From: Chiloscyllium plagiosum
Lineage: Eukaryota
Length of the DNA stretch: 64,000 bases
Reading direction: 5' to 3'
NCBI RefSeq assembly: GCF_004010195.1
Contig: NC_057757.1
Span: 7,145,402-7,209,401 of the forward strand
Under the pieces are notes generated by a model, which saw only the letters and a program-made list of their open reading frames with translations, searched no databases and was not told where the DNA came from. Made by a program: the position numbers and the translations under genes. Below are positions 11,673 through 23,740 of the stretch, piece by piece. Each line of letters starts with the position of its first letter. Position 1 is the first letter of the stretch.

Positions 11673-12979
11673 GTCATGCTGTGACTTGACAAACCAACAG
11701 ATCACCATCATTTATTCAAGGGTCTACAGGGAAAACCAATCTGAAGAAGTCTAAGACCATAAGATGTAGGAGCAGAAGCAGGTTATTCAGCCCATTGAAT
11801 CTGCTCCATCATTCAATGAGATCAAGGGTGATCTGATCATCCTCAACTCCACTCTCACCATAACCTTTGATTAAACATCTGTCCATCTCAACCTTGAATA
11901 TAGTTAAGAATACCTACAGTCCAGATGGAGGTCATTTGGCCCACTGAGTCTGCACTGAGCCTCCAATGAGCATCCCACCTCCCTATGGCTAGTCCATCTA
12001 TCCAGTAGACCCCTGAACACTATAGGCAATTTAGCATGGCCAATCCACTTAACCTGCACACCTTTGAGGTGGAAGGAAACTGGAGTCCCCGGAGGAAACC
12101 CATGCAGACATGGGGGGAATGTGCAAATTCCACATAGACAGTCATCAGAGGGTGGAAGTGAACCCGAGTCCCTGGCACTGTGAGGCAGCGGTGCCAACCA
12201 CAGTATCACCGTGCTGTCGTAATGACCCAGCATCAGCCTGTATTCTGAAAAGCCATTCGTATTCAGTCTTTATATCTCCCACCTGTATATTTGTCATCAT
12301 TCAATTCTACAACTTACAATCACTTGCTAAACAATGCCTTCTCAATTTTAACCATCCCACACATTGGTTAACAGTCTTCACTTCCTTATTCCCTCCTGTA
12401 CATACAACAGCCATTGTCCTCATCCATGCAAGACTTCCCATATCTCACTGATAGTTCGGCCTAGTCTGCTTCTTTGTTTATACCGGCCACTCCTGGCATA
12501 CCCTAACCTTGTTCCTTTTCTTTCGTACCTTGATTATACATTCCTTATCCTATCTAGACTATAGCTGCCAATCTTCCATTCGCTTATTCTCTACTACTCT
12601 TTTTCTCACATACTCTTCAGAAAGAGCACTTTTCATATTCTTGACATCCAAAAGCTTGCTACTACTCCCATGTCGCCGAGCAAATTTCACTCCCTATGTC
12701 TCATGCATCATAATTGTAACAATCCTCTGAAAAAGGCAGATTGGATCTGAGTGGAATTTGCGAACATGGGTTGAAGTTATTCTTGGTGGTTTAGTCACAT
12801 GGTATCTGATCACATGAAACATGCCAACCGGTTCCAAATGAGGCCAGAACCCAGCAGCTCTTGCTCCTGCTGCTAACCCTAACCCTATTGTGGCAGTGCT
12901 CAAGGAAAAGTAATGAAAGGCAGGAGGAATTTAACAGCCAACAGCACCACCTCTGAAGCATCCGCAACAAACTATAAAT

Positions 12980-13560
12980 GGATAGGATAGTTTAGACATG
13001 AGTCACTGCAGGACTTACACAATTAAAAGTAAGGCCTTGGGTAGTGTTGTAGAACAGAGAGACCTAGGGTTTCAAGTGTAAAGTTTTGGAAGTTTGTGGC
13101 ACATGTAGATGGGGGTTAAGAAGGCAGTTAGTATGCTTGCGTTTGTTGTTCAGACCTCCGAGTACAGGAGTTGGAGATGTCATGCTGAAGTTCTACAGGA
13201 CATTAGTGAGGCCTCTTCTAGAGTACTGTGTCCATTCTGGTCACCCTATTACAGGAAGGATAGTATTAAGTTGGAGAGGGTTCAGAAGAGATTTACCAGG
13301 ATGTTGCCAGGAATGGAGAGTTTGAGTTATGTAAAGAGTCTGAGACTTTTTTTTCACTGCATCATAGGAAGTTGAGAGGAAACCTTAGTGAGGTTAATTA
13401 AATCATGAGGGGCATAGATAAGGTGAATGGCAGCTGTCTTTTCCCTAGGGTGGGGGATTTAAAGACTAGGGGGTATCTTTTTAAGGTGAGAGGAGAAAGA
13501 TTTGAAGAAGACATGAGGGCAATTTTGTTGCACAGAGTGGCTAGTGTGCAAAATGAACAG
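12980..13560 (+). mobile_element. CR1 LINE RT C-terminal fragment
   Basis: LVRPLLEYCV and FWSPYYRKDSIKLERVQKRFTRMLPG. Confidence 0.85.
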
Positions 13561-14078
13561 CACAGATTTAATTTTCTGTAAAGCTGAGGTGCTTGTCAAG
13601 AAAGTAATATTTCAAAGCATGGAAAACTTCAAATGTCATATAGACAGGCCAAATCTAAGTTTGCAATAGTCAGATGGAGAATTGGCTCATGGAATATACT
13701 CTAACTCATTTTCCAGATCAGTCTATTATTGGAGTGACCAGCGAAACAGGAGATTGGAATTGAGGATTGCATAGTTAATGTATCAATATTTAATAGTTTC
13801 TTGCTTTACTCCTGCACTTGAATGTCTAGGGTGCAGATACAAAATGTAAATTCAAACCCATTTAAATGGGTAAGATGCTTTGGCAAAGTATTATCTCCAT
13901 CCTGAACCTTGTAAGCAGCAGTGCCTGGGAGAATAGACTCCTGTTCTGGGAGAATCCTGGATGGATTGAGAACCCTGGGAGGTATTACGGACAGCGAGAG
14001 CTGCCACTATGCAGGAAAGCACTTTCTGTCTTTCTGTCTGATTGAGTCTGATTTCCTTTCCTTTTCTTTTTCGAACAA

Positions 14079-14254
14079 TATGTTTGGGGTGCCTGAGTCA
14101 TCAATGCACCTGTCTCCATGAGGAAGCCCCCCCTCCCACCTCCAAAAAAGGGACCGTGACGATGGAATACATCATGGAATCTCTGCTGGCCATCAGCCAG
14201 TCCTGCATCCAGTTGGCTGTTTCATGGATCCTCAGCTGCCCCCAGCCTGGAATA
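14079..14254 (+). pseudogene. Lipoxygenase pseudo-exon (exon 13 equivalent)
   Basis: YVWGA*VINAPVSMRKPP(frameshift)PTSKKGTVTMEYIMESLLAISQSCIQLAVSWILSCPQPGI|gtgag matches WVPNAPxxMRxPPPTTK. It has an in-frame TGA, a poly-C frameshift and an acceptor that reads caa. Confidence 0.88.
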
Positions 14255-15184
14255 GTGAGGAATTACTCAGTCAACTCAGCACAAAACAATCTGCATTTAT
14301 ATAGCGCTTTCTATCATGTAAACAACCCAGGAGAGTCTAGCAAACAACTTCGGTACCAAGACACATAAGAAGCTATTGGACCAGAGCCATTTAATCAAAG
14401 AGATCAGCTTGAAAATTAGAGGGAGAGGGTTTTGGGAAGAAATTCCAGAGTTTAGGGCTCCAAGAAGCTGATATTATACACGAGAATCTAAATGTATTTG
14501 AACAGAATTCCAGTCCACACTTTTAATGGACAGCTTTGTTAACCACATTCCATAAAACTCACAGCTCAGTATGTACTAGCTCCTGGTCTTTATACAAAGA
14601 ATTCACACATAATTCATCCAAAACAAATATCACCATCAACTGAGGGCTCTTGAGCTGCAGTGACATGTCAACATTCTTTCCCCTTATGTCTTGTTTTAGT
14701 TGGTTTTCTGCTTGTTTTTAAAGACTTCCACCACTTTGGGTGCGTTTTCTTTTGCTTTTTATGTTGTTCCTGACTTCCCTTGTCATCGCGCTTGCCTTGT
14801 CCTTCCCTAAGTACCTTTCTTCCTTGGAATAAATTTCTCCTGCCATTGCTGCTCCACTGTCTAACCTACTAGGCTCGCCTTCCAATCACCTCTGGGCAGC
14901 TCCTCCCTCGTGTCTTTGTAGTTTTCTTTACTCAATTGCAATATCATCTGATTTCAGCTTCTGCCTCTCAAACTGCAGCATGAATTATATCATATTATGG
15001 TCACTGCCCTGAGGGGTTCCTTCACTTTAAACCTACTAATTGAGTCTATCTCATTACACATCACCAAATCCAGAACTGCCTGTTTCCTAGTGGGTTGTAC
15101 CAAAATAAAAACCATCTCCTTGACATTCCTTTCCTGGGGATATACACATATATGTTTGTGAGGTGAATATGTACTTGCAGAGTT

Positions 15185-15594
15185 ACATTGTACTTTGCTC
15201 AAAAATTGCATGAATCCATGTAAGATTCTGTTAATTCATTTTTTAGATTAGAATCAGTCTAAACATCATGGCACAGACAGCAGCACACAGGGGGCTAACA
15301 CCTTCAACACATTATCTGGGCTGACACCAATTGTTAAAGTTCACCTGAGAATGTAACTTTTAAAAAAGGTTTTGTGATTTACATATGAAAGAATTGAAAC
15401 TAACATGGTCATTCAAACAGATGAGATACTTACCAAACAATCAAGGTATTTTTGAATGTATAATTTCAGTTACATCACACTGTAAACCCTTGCTATAAAT
15501 TCTGTGTTTTACAATTGTGTACTCCACAACCACCTGATGAAGGAGCAGCACTCCGAAAGCTAGTGCTTCCAATTAAACATTTTGGACTATAACC
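15185..15594 (+). mobile_element. Penelope-like element 3'/pLTR region with minimal hammerhead ribozyme (15531-15565)
   Basis: CAC CTGATGA AGGAG CAGCA CTCC GAA AGCT A GTG: complete core, stems I and II, and a palindromic stem III. Confidence 0.75.
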
Positions 15595-15910
15595 TTCAGT
15601 CCTGCATAGACTGCTTCCCTTCTCATGGTTCTCCTCTTAACTGCTGTGCCTGAAGTTAGATTCCTGACCCTTCCTGCACTGTCTGTCCTATTGCTTGTTC
15701 TGGAAACATTAATAACCTCGACTGAGCCTTGACCCACCTAAACCGCTTTAAAGTGGTGATTGCCCTGTTTGGCCTTTCTACTAGTATCCTGGTACAATGG
15801 GACTGTCACCCCATATCCCCTTTGTGAACACCCAGCACCTCCCACAGTTCCCATTTCAAACTCAGCATATGCGCACCTCACTGAACAGAAATCATTTTAT
15901 TGTCATCTAG

Positions 15911-16353
15911 AGGAAACTTGGCAACTACGAGGAGTACTTTACTAAGGTACAAAGTACAAAGAAAATTACAGCATAGGAACAGGTCCTTCGGCCCTCCAAA
16001 CCTGCACTGATCCAGATCCTCTATCTAAATCTGTCGCCTACTTTCTAAGGATCTGTATCCCTCTGCGCCCTGCCCATTCATGTATCTGTCTAGGTACATC
16101 TTAAATGACATTATCATGCCTGCCTGCACCACCTCTGCTTGCAACGCATTCCAGGCACCCACCGCCCCCCTACGCAAAGAACTTCCCATGCTTATCTCCC
16201 AAAGAACAAAGGAAGCGATGAAGACCGTCATCAACAAATTTGATGACGAGCTGAGGGTGATTGATCGCACGATCCAGAAGCGTAACAAGGCCCTGGATCT
16301 GGAATACCAATACCTCCAAGCCTTTGAACATCAAGAACAGCATCACCATCTAA
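15911..16353 (+). pseudogene. Lipoxygenase terminal exon (exon 14 equivalent) split by a CR1 3' fragment (15948-16208)
   Basis: tag|RKLGNYEEYFTK [insert, TSD aagg] EAMKTVINKFDDELRVIDRTIQKRNKALDLEYQYL(+1 frameshift)KPLNIKNSITI* ends in the LOX C-terminal NSxxI motif. Confidence 0.9.
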
Positions 16354-16899
16354 CGAACAGAGTGGTCTGGATCCAGAACAAATGTGTGGTCTTGATGGCT
16401 ACCTGTTGGGGGGTGGGGCGGATTATTTACTCAGGAAAGGGGAGGGGAGCGACTCAGGTTATTTTTTGGTGTGGCCAAACATGGCACCCACTGGTGGATT
16501 TAAAATCCAAAAATATTGGGACTATCACATTGCAATTAGTGGCTTGGTGTGTCCCAAAGCTTCAGGACAATGTGATCCTCTTTGTCTCAACATCCTACAC
16601 ATCTCTAGGAGGTTCCAGACAGAATCTTACTTAGCATTTACAGCACGGGAAGAGGCCTCCAGGCCTGAGTCCTGTTGCTTATGTCTGTCAAACCCTCCTT
16701 ACATTCAGTCTTCATCTGAACCCAGCAGCATAAATCCCAATTCCTTTTCCTACCTCCCTTTAAGAACATTGATGCTGTTTGCTCTGTGGTTGTGACAACA
16801 TGCAGACTTTGATTATTTAGAGTATGAATTCAGGTGTGAATATTGGTGAGTTTAACCTGAGGGTCACCAAATATCAGGCAAGGGAAGAGGTTAAGAAGG

Positions 16900-17995
16900 A
16901 GCATAGGGTTAGATATAGAGTAATGTTCCGGCTACACTATCCCCAGGACAGGGACAGCACAGGGTTAGATATAAAGTAAAGCTTGCTCTATACCTTCCCC
17001 CATCAAACATTCCCAGGACAGGGACAGCACGTGAACAGACACAGAGTAAAGCTTCATCTACACTATCCCCAGCAAACACTCTCAGGACAGTGATAGCATG
17101 AAGTTAGATACAGAGTAAGTATCCTTCTACACTGTCCCTATCAAACAGTCATAGGACAACATCAGCACAGGGTTAGATACAGAATAAAACTATCTCTACA
17201 CTGTCCCCATCAAACACTCTCAGGACAGGGACAGCACAGGGTTAGATACAGAGTAAAGCTCTCTCTGTACAATTACCACATTTAAAAGACATTTGGATTA
17301 GTATATGAATAAGAAATGTTTGGAAGGCTATGGGGCAGGAGCAGGCAGGTGAGAGTAGTTTAGTTTGGGATCATGGGCTGACCGGACTGGTTGGACTGAA
17401 GAGTCTGTTTTTGTGCTCTATGACTTGACCAACCCAACCACCCTGTGGCTCAACACTTCAACTCCCCCTCCCACTCCACCAAGGATATGCAGGTCTTTGA
17501 ACTCCTCCATCGCCAGACCACAACAACACGACGGTTGGAGGAAGAGCGCCTCATCTTCCGCCTAGGAACCCTCCAACCACAAGGGATGAACTCGGATTTC
17601 ACCAGTTTCCTCATTTCCCCTCCCCCCACCTTGTCTCAGCCAAATCCATCGAACTCAGCACCGCCTTCCTAACCTGCAATCTTCTTCCTGACCTCTCCGC
17701 CCCCACCCCAGTCTGACCTATCACCCTCACCTTGACCTCTTTCCACCTATCGCATTTCCGACGCCCCTCCCCCAAGTCCCTCCTCCCTACCTTTTATCTT
17801 AGCCTGCTGGACAAACTTTCCTCATTCCTGAAGAAGGGCTTATGCCCGAAACGTCGATTCTCCTGTTCCCTGGATGCTGCCTGACCTGCTGTGCTTTTCC
17901 AGCAACACATTTTCGACTCTACGCTGTCCCTCATCAAGACCACACACTCCCAGAACAGGGACAGCACGGTGTTAGAAACAGTGTAGATCTCCCTC
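16900..17995 (+). repeat. ~69-bp minisatellite (ggttagatacagagtaaagc...ccccatcaaacactcccaggacagggacagcac), interrupted by CR1 and Penelope insertions at 17270-17915
   Basis: ttagata recurs at 17104, 17173 and 17242. A further unit resumes at ~17915-17995. Confidence 0.9.
17425..17915 (+). mobile_element. Penelope-like retroelement 3' fragment (GIY-YIG C-terminus plus hammerhead 17824-17859)
   Basis: VAQHFNSPSHS...RRLEEERLIFRLGTLQPQGMN, and CTGAAGA AGGGC TTAT GCCC GAA ACGT C. Confidence 0.85.
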
Positions 17996-18321
17996 TATTC
18001 TCATCAATGTTATGTTTTTAAAAGAATATGTTTTCCTTTTCTCAGCTTTTTACATTTTGTCATATTTTCACAATTCATAGAATTGCTTGAGTGTGGAACA
18101 TTTAGATAAACATGTTCAGAGTTTTCTTTGGAAATAGTTTCAATCTTTATTGAAGATCCAAGATTTCCAAAGAGCTCTGTTAAAGACTACTCACCCCTCC
18201 ATGCCCATACTGACCCTGTGGCTCTGCTGATGCCTCCTTTAATATTGAATTAATTCAGTCTCTTACTGAACCCCTTGGCGGTAACAAAAAAATCTGCAGA
18301 CGCTGGAATGCAGTTGCCTTA

Positions 18322-18355
18322 TGCAGTTGCAACTGGTGACCAGCAGGGGGTGACA
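18322..18355 (+). promoter_or_regulatory. CTCF-like site with upstream motif
   Basis: TGCAGTTGCA-5 bp-TGACCAGCAGGGGGTGACA. Confidence 0.5.
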
Positions 18356-18549
18356 TTGTATCACTTTAACCTCAAGACAGTTTCAAGAAAGGAAGATTGA
18401 CATTTTTTAAAAATTCAATGCCCCTCAGAAACCCCAGAGAGAAGACACTCCAATGCATCAACCAACTGCTTCTAAAGTTATATCAGTTCCTCAAAGGATT
18501 TTCCTCTTCATTAATTGCCCCTTGAAACTTGACATTCAAATCAGTTGGA

Positions 18550-19200
18550 GTACAAGATAATGTACCCATACATGTGAGTGAGGGAAAATACAGGTTAACA
18601 TACATGTACAGGTGAGTGAAGGGGAGTCAGGATAATGTACCGGTTGAGGTGAGCGAAGTGGGTTGTCGGATAATGTAACAATAGAGGTGAGTGAAGAGAA
18701 GAACGGATAATGTACCTGTACAGGTGAGTGAAGGGAAGATCAAGGTAATGTAAGTGTACAAGTGAGTGACGGGAAGAACAGGATAATGTACCGGTTCAGG
18801 TGCGTGATGGAGAGTGTAGGATAATGTACCTGTACAGGTGAGTGAAGGGAAGAACAGGATAATGTACATCTACAGGTGAGTGAGAGGGAGTACAGGGTGT
18901 TCAGGTGCGTGATGGAGAGTGTAGGATAATGTACTTGTACAGGTGAGTGAAGGGAAGAACAGGATAATGTACATCTACAGGTGAGTGAGAGGGAGTACAG
19001 GAAAATGTATCGGTTTAGGTGAGTGAGGGAGAGTGGAAGATAATGTACCTGTACAGGTGAGTGAAGGGAAGAACAAGATAATGTACCAGTACAGGTGTGT
19101 GAAGGGAAGAACAGGATAATGTACCTGTACAGGTGAGTGAGGAGTATAGGATAATGCACCTATACAGGCAAGTGAGGGGAAGTACAAGTGAGTGAGGGAT
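18550..19200 (+). repeat. 38-bp minisatellite aggataatgtacctgtacaggtgagtgaagggaagaac
   Basis: About 16 degenerate units. One more unit at 20504-20535, beyond the LINE insertion. Confidence 0.92.
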
Positions 19201-20500
19201 CATTAGTAAAGTGACGGAAGGTGTGATCAACAGTGTGATCAAGCAGTACCTGCTTACAATAATCTACTCAGTGGCACCCAGTTTGGGTTCTGCCAGGACC
19301 ACTTAGCTCCTGACCTCATTAAGCCTTTGTTCAGACATGAATAAAGAAGCTGAATTCCAGAGGTGAGGTGAGAGTCACAGCCCTTGGCATCAAGGTCACA
19401 TTCGACCAAGTGTGATATCAACGAGCGCCAGCAAAACTGAAATCAATGGGGGAATGTTTCATGGAGCAAACTCTTCAGAGGTCGGAGTCATACCTGACAC
19501 ATAGTTATCTCAACTCCAGGACATCTCTGCATGAGTTCCTCAGAGAAGTGTCATTGGCCCAACCACCTTCAGCTGCTTCATCAATGACCTTTCCTCCATC
19601 ATTAGGTCAGAAATAGGGATATTCACCAATGATTGCACATTGTTCAGTACCATTCAGGCCTCCATTCAGACACTGAAGCATTCCTTGTTCAAAAGTGATA
19701 AGATCTGGACAATATCCAGGTTTGGGCTGACAAGTGGCAAGTAACATTTGCGCCACACAAATGCCAGGCAATGACCATCACCAATAAGAGATTATCTAAC
19801 CACTTCCCCTTGACATTCGATGGTGTTACCAACACTGAGTCCTGCACTATCAACATCCTGGGGGTTATCATTGACCAGAAACTCAACTGGACTCACCACA
19901 TAAACACAGTGGCTACAACAGCAGGTCAGAGGTTAATAATACTGCAGCATGTAACTCCCCTCCTGATTGCCCAAAGCCATTCCACCATCGACAAGGTACA
20001 AGTCAGGATTGGGTGGAAAACTTTGCCTGGATGAGTGGAACCCCAACATCAAAAAGCTCAACACCATCCAAGACAAAGTCCACTTTATTGGTACTGCATC
20101 CACAAGCATCCAAGCATCCACTCCTTCCATTACCGATGCGCAGGAGCAGCAATGTGTACCACCTCTGAGATACACTGCAAAGATCCTCAGTCAGCACCTT
20201 TCAAACCCACTCACGTCCATCTAGAAGGACAAGGGCAGCGGATACATGGGAACACCAAAATCTACAAGTTCCCCTCCAAGCCACTCACCATCCTTGACTT
20301 GGAAATATATCACTGTTTCTTCACTGGCACTGGGCCAAAATTCTGAAATTCGGCCCTAATGTCATTGTGGGTCAACCTACAGCAGGTGGACAACAGCATT
20401 TTAAAAATGCAGCTCACCATGGCCTTCTCAAGTGCAACAATGGATGGGCAATGAGTGCTGGCCAGGCAGTGATGCCCACATCCCACAAATGAATAAATAG
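19200..20500 (+). mobile_element. 5'-truncated CR1/L2-group LINE inserted in the minisatellite
   Basis: RT remnants VPQRSVIGPTTFSCFINDL and WADKWQVTFAPHKCQAM. The 3' tail (gatgggcaat...cccacatccc...gaataaa) is shared with the abundant SINE family. Confidence 0.8.
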
Positions 20501-20995
20501 AAAAGGATAATGTACCTGTACAGGTGAGTGAGGGGTAAAAGGGGTGAAGGTCAAAGGTGTATCCTTGTGCCCAAGGTTCACCAGTGCAGGTTATACACAG
20601 TTGTTATCCCCAAGGCACTCAGTGACAGTGGTCCTTGAGGGTCAGTGTGATATATTTTCACAGCTTTCTCACACCAAGTTCGGTTTACCTATTTCAAAAC
20701 GCCTGCTGACCAATCTGGTGAAACACCAATTCTAACGTTCTCATTCTTTTTTCCAATAGCCTCAAGTCTCCCTCTCACTGTAACCTCACCCAGCCTGAGA
20801 AGCCTTCAAGATCTCTGCCTTTCTCCAACTCTGGCCTCAGCTGCATTTCCAATATTTCTTACCCATTTAAGGCCATTCTGCTTGGATTCCAAGTGCTGGA
20901 ATTCCCACCTTAAAACCCGCCACCTTTCCCTCCTCTGTAATTCCATGATACAAGCGCTTCCTGATGCTCCATATTAAATTTCTTGTTGGTTATAG

Positions 20996-21180
20996 CTGAA
21001 GCAGACCCCAGAAGAAGACAATCCCATTTTTCGTCTCTGGGACGCAGAGCTCAACTGGCTGCTGGACAAGATGTGGATGCGGAACAGTGACCTTCAGCAC
21101 TTTGAGCTGGTCTTTCACCTTCTGAAGACGTTCAACTTAGCCACTCTCAGGCAACTGCCATCTGTGCACCCCATTAAATG
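20996..21180 (+). pseudogene. Lipoxygenase pseudo-exon (exon 8 equivalent, iron-ligand helix) of a second paralogue
   Basis: tag|LKQTPEEDNPIFRLWDAELNWLLDKMWMRNSDLQHFELVFHLLKT-FNLATLRQLPSVHPIK|gt. About 6 codons (HLxAEV) are missing and the length of 185 is not a multiple of 3. Confidence 0.9.
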
Positions 21181-21289
21181 GTATGACGAATGAGGAAGAA
21201 TGCCGCTCTCATTTTAATTCAGGAAAATTGCAACTGCTGACAATGGCTGAACTAGGGGTTAGGACTTTTATTGAATCCTGAACTGTGCA

Positions 21290-23740
21290 TCATAGAATCA
21301 AAGGAACTTACAACAGGGAAAGAAGCCATTCGGCCCACGGTATACTGACCATCCAATAAGTAGTCATTCAGCCGAATCCCACAAGCCAGCTCTTGGACTG
21401 TAACCATGCAGATTAGGAGACTTCATGTGTCAATTCTTATACTTGTTAAATGTTATGAACATTTCTGCCTCTACCACCCTTTTAAGCAGTGAATTCCAAA
21501 CCCCACAACAAAACATTTCCCTCTGAAATTACTGACTCACTGACCACTTACCTTAAAACATGCCCCCTCTCTATTAACCCTTCAACCATGGGGATCAAGT
21601 CCTTTCTATCCATTTTAAGTAGGCCCATCATATTTTTTTAAAGTCCAAACTCGGACTCCACTCCTCAGCCTCCTCTGTTCCAAGGAAAACAGCCCTTGCA
21701 CGTCCAATCTTACCCCAGCACTAAAATTCTCAGTCCAGACAACATCCTGGTAAATCTTCTCTGCACTATTGCAAGACTTTTTCAAATTAATTTATGGGAT
21801 ATGAGCTTTTCCGGCTAAACCAGCTTTTATTGTCCATTCCTAATTGCCCTTAATATCCTCCCTCTCAGAACGGAGTTCCAAGTTTTTGACCCAGTGACAG
21901 TGAAGTTATGGCGACAGATTTCCAAGTCAGGATGATTTGTGCATTGAAGGAGAACTTATCCCACGCATCTGATGTCCTTATCATTCCAGACAGTAGTGGT
22001 TGTGGGTTTCGAAGGCGATGTTGAAGGAGCATTTGTGATAGACTTCAGTGCCTCTTGTACATGATATATATAGCTGGTGAAGAAAGAGTGAATATTGAAG
22101 ATGGTGGATGAGAGGTCAACCAAGCCTTGCCCGAGCTGTTATTGAATTTCTTGAGTGTTCTTAGAGCTACACTCATCCAGACAAATGGGGAGTATTCCAT
22201 CACACTCCTGTCCTATGCCTTGTAGCTGGTGGTCAGGCTTTGGGGATTGAGTTAGTCGATGCAGAATTCCCAGCTTCCTGATCTGCTGTTGTAGCCACGT
22301 TATTTATGTACCGAGGAGAAAGTAAGGACTGCAGATGCTGGAGGTCAGAGTCGACAAGTGTGGCACTGGAAAAGCACAGCAGGTCAGGCAGCATCCAAGG
22401 AGTAGTTTTGAGTGTAAACCCTTCATCAGGAATTATAAACCTTGTCCAGTTTAATTTCCAGTCAGTGCGAAGTACCACTGTGTTAATCAAATTGGTGTTC
22501 ATGATGAAGAGTTTTGACAAAATGTCACTGGACTTGAAACTTTAAGTCTGCTTTCACCCCACACATGCTGCCAGATGTGCTGACTTTAGCTAACAATTTA
22601 TATTTTTGATTATGAATTGCCTGCTTACAAACCTATTTATAAGATCATGGAGTCATACAGCATATAAACAAACATTTTGGTTCAACTCATCTGCCTTGAC
22701 CAGACATCTTAATCCAACCTAGTCCTTATTTGCCAACATTTGGTCCATATCCCTCTGAACCCTTCCTATTCATATAGCCATCCAGATTCCTTTTAAATGT
22801 TGTAATTGTGCCCACTTCCATCATGTCCTCTGGCAGCTTATACCATACGTGCACCACCCTCTGGATAAAAACGTTAACCCTCAAGTCTTTCCCAAATCGC
22901 TGCTCTCTCACCTTAAACTTAGGTCCTCAAGTTTTGGACTCCCCCCATCCTAGGAAAAACAAAATTCACCCTATCCATGCCACTAATGATTTTATAAACC
23001 TCAGCCTCCCATATTCCAAGGGAAAAAGACCCATTCCCCCCCGCCCCCAACGTTAGTCAGCCTCCAGTCTTCTGGCACCTCACCCATGGCTATTGATGAG
23101 GCAACTCTCTCAGCAAGGGGCCCAGCAATCTCTTCCCTAGTGTCCCACAAAGTTCTGGGAAACACCTGATCAGGATTAATCTACGTTTATATATTATAAA
23201 ACCTCCAGCACCTCCACTTTTGTAATAAGAGCTCTTTTCAAGAATCATGCTTTATTAACAGAAGCTCCCTAGCTTCCATATCCATCCCCTCAATGAATAA
23301 AGATATAAAACATTTGTTTCGTATGTCACTCATCTCCCGTGGTTCCACACATGGACAGCCACATTTATCTTTAAGGACCCCATTCTCCCCCGAGTTACTC
23401 TTCTGCCCTGAATGTATTGACAGAACCTCTTTGGATTCTTCTCAACTCTATTTGCCAAAGCTACGTCATATCCCATTTTTGCCCTCCTGATTTCCCTCTT
23501 AAGTAAACTCCTGCTGTCCTTATACTTTTCTAGGGATTCTCTCAATTCCAGCTGTCTATAACTGATATATTCCCCCTTCTTTGTCTTGACAAGACCCTTA
23601 GTTTCTCTTGTCATCCAGTATTCCCTACACCTGGCAGTCTTGCCCTTCACACTATCAGGAACATACTGTCTCTGAACTTTCCTTATTACATTCTTAAATG
23701 TCTCCCACTTCCCAAACATCCCTTTACTAAAGAAGGACAC
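21290..23740 (-). mobile_element. Cluster of decayed CR1/L2 and Penelope-like fragments
   Basis: CR1 3' ends at ~21290 and ~22630, CR1 ORF2 linker RRAKMGYDVALANRVEKNPKRF, and a Penelope terminus at ~22310-22435. Confidence 0.7.

Noticed and set aside
12744..12795. SEWNLRTWVEVILGG as ALOX exon 11
   Set aside because: Weak similarity and no convincing splice sites.
16900..19200. Regularly spaced repeats as a CRISPR array
   Set aside because: Eukaryotic context, head-to-tail units with no unique spacers, and no cas genes. These are minisatellites.
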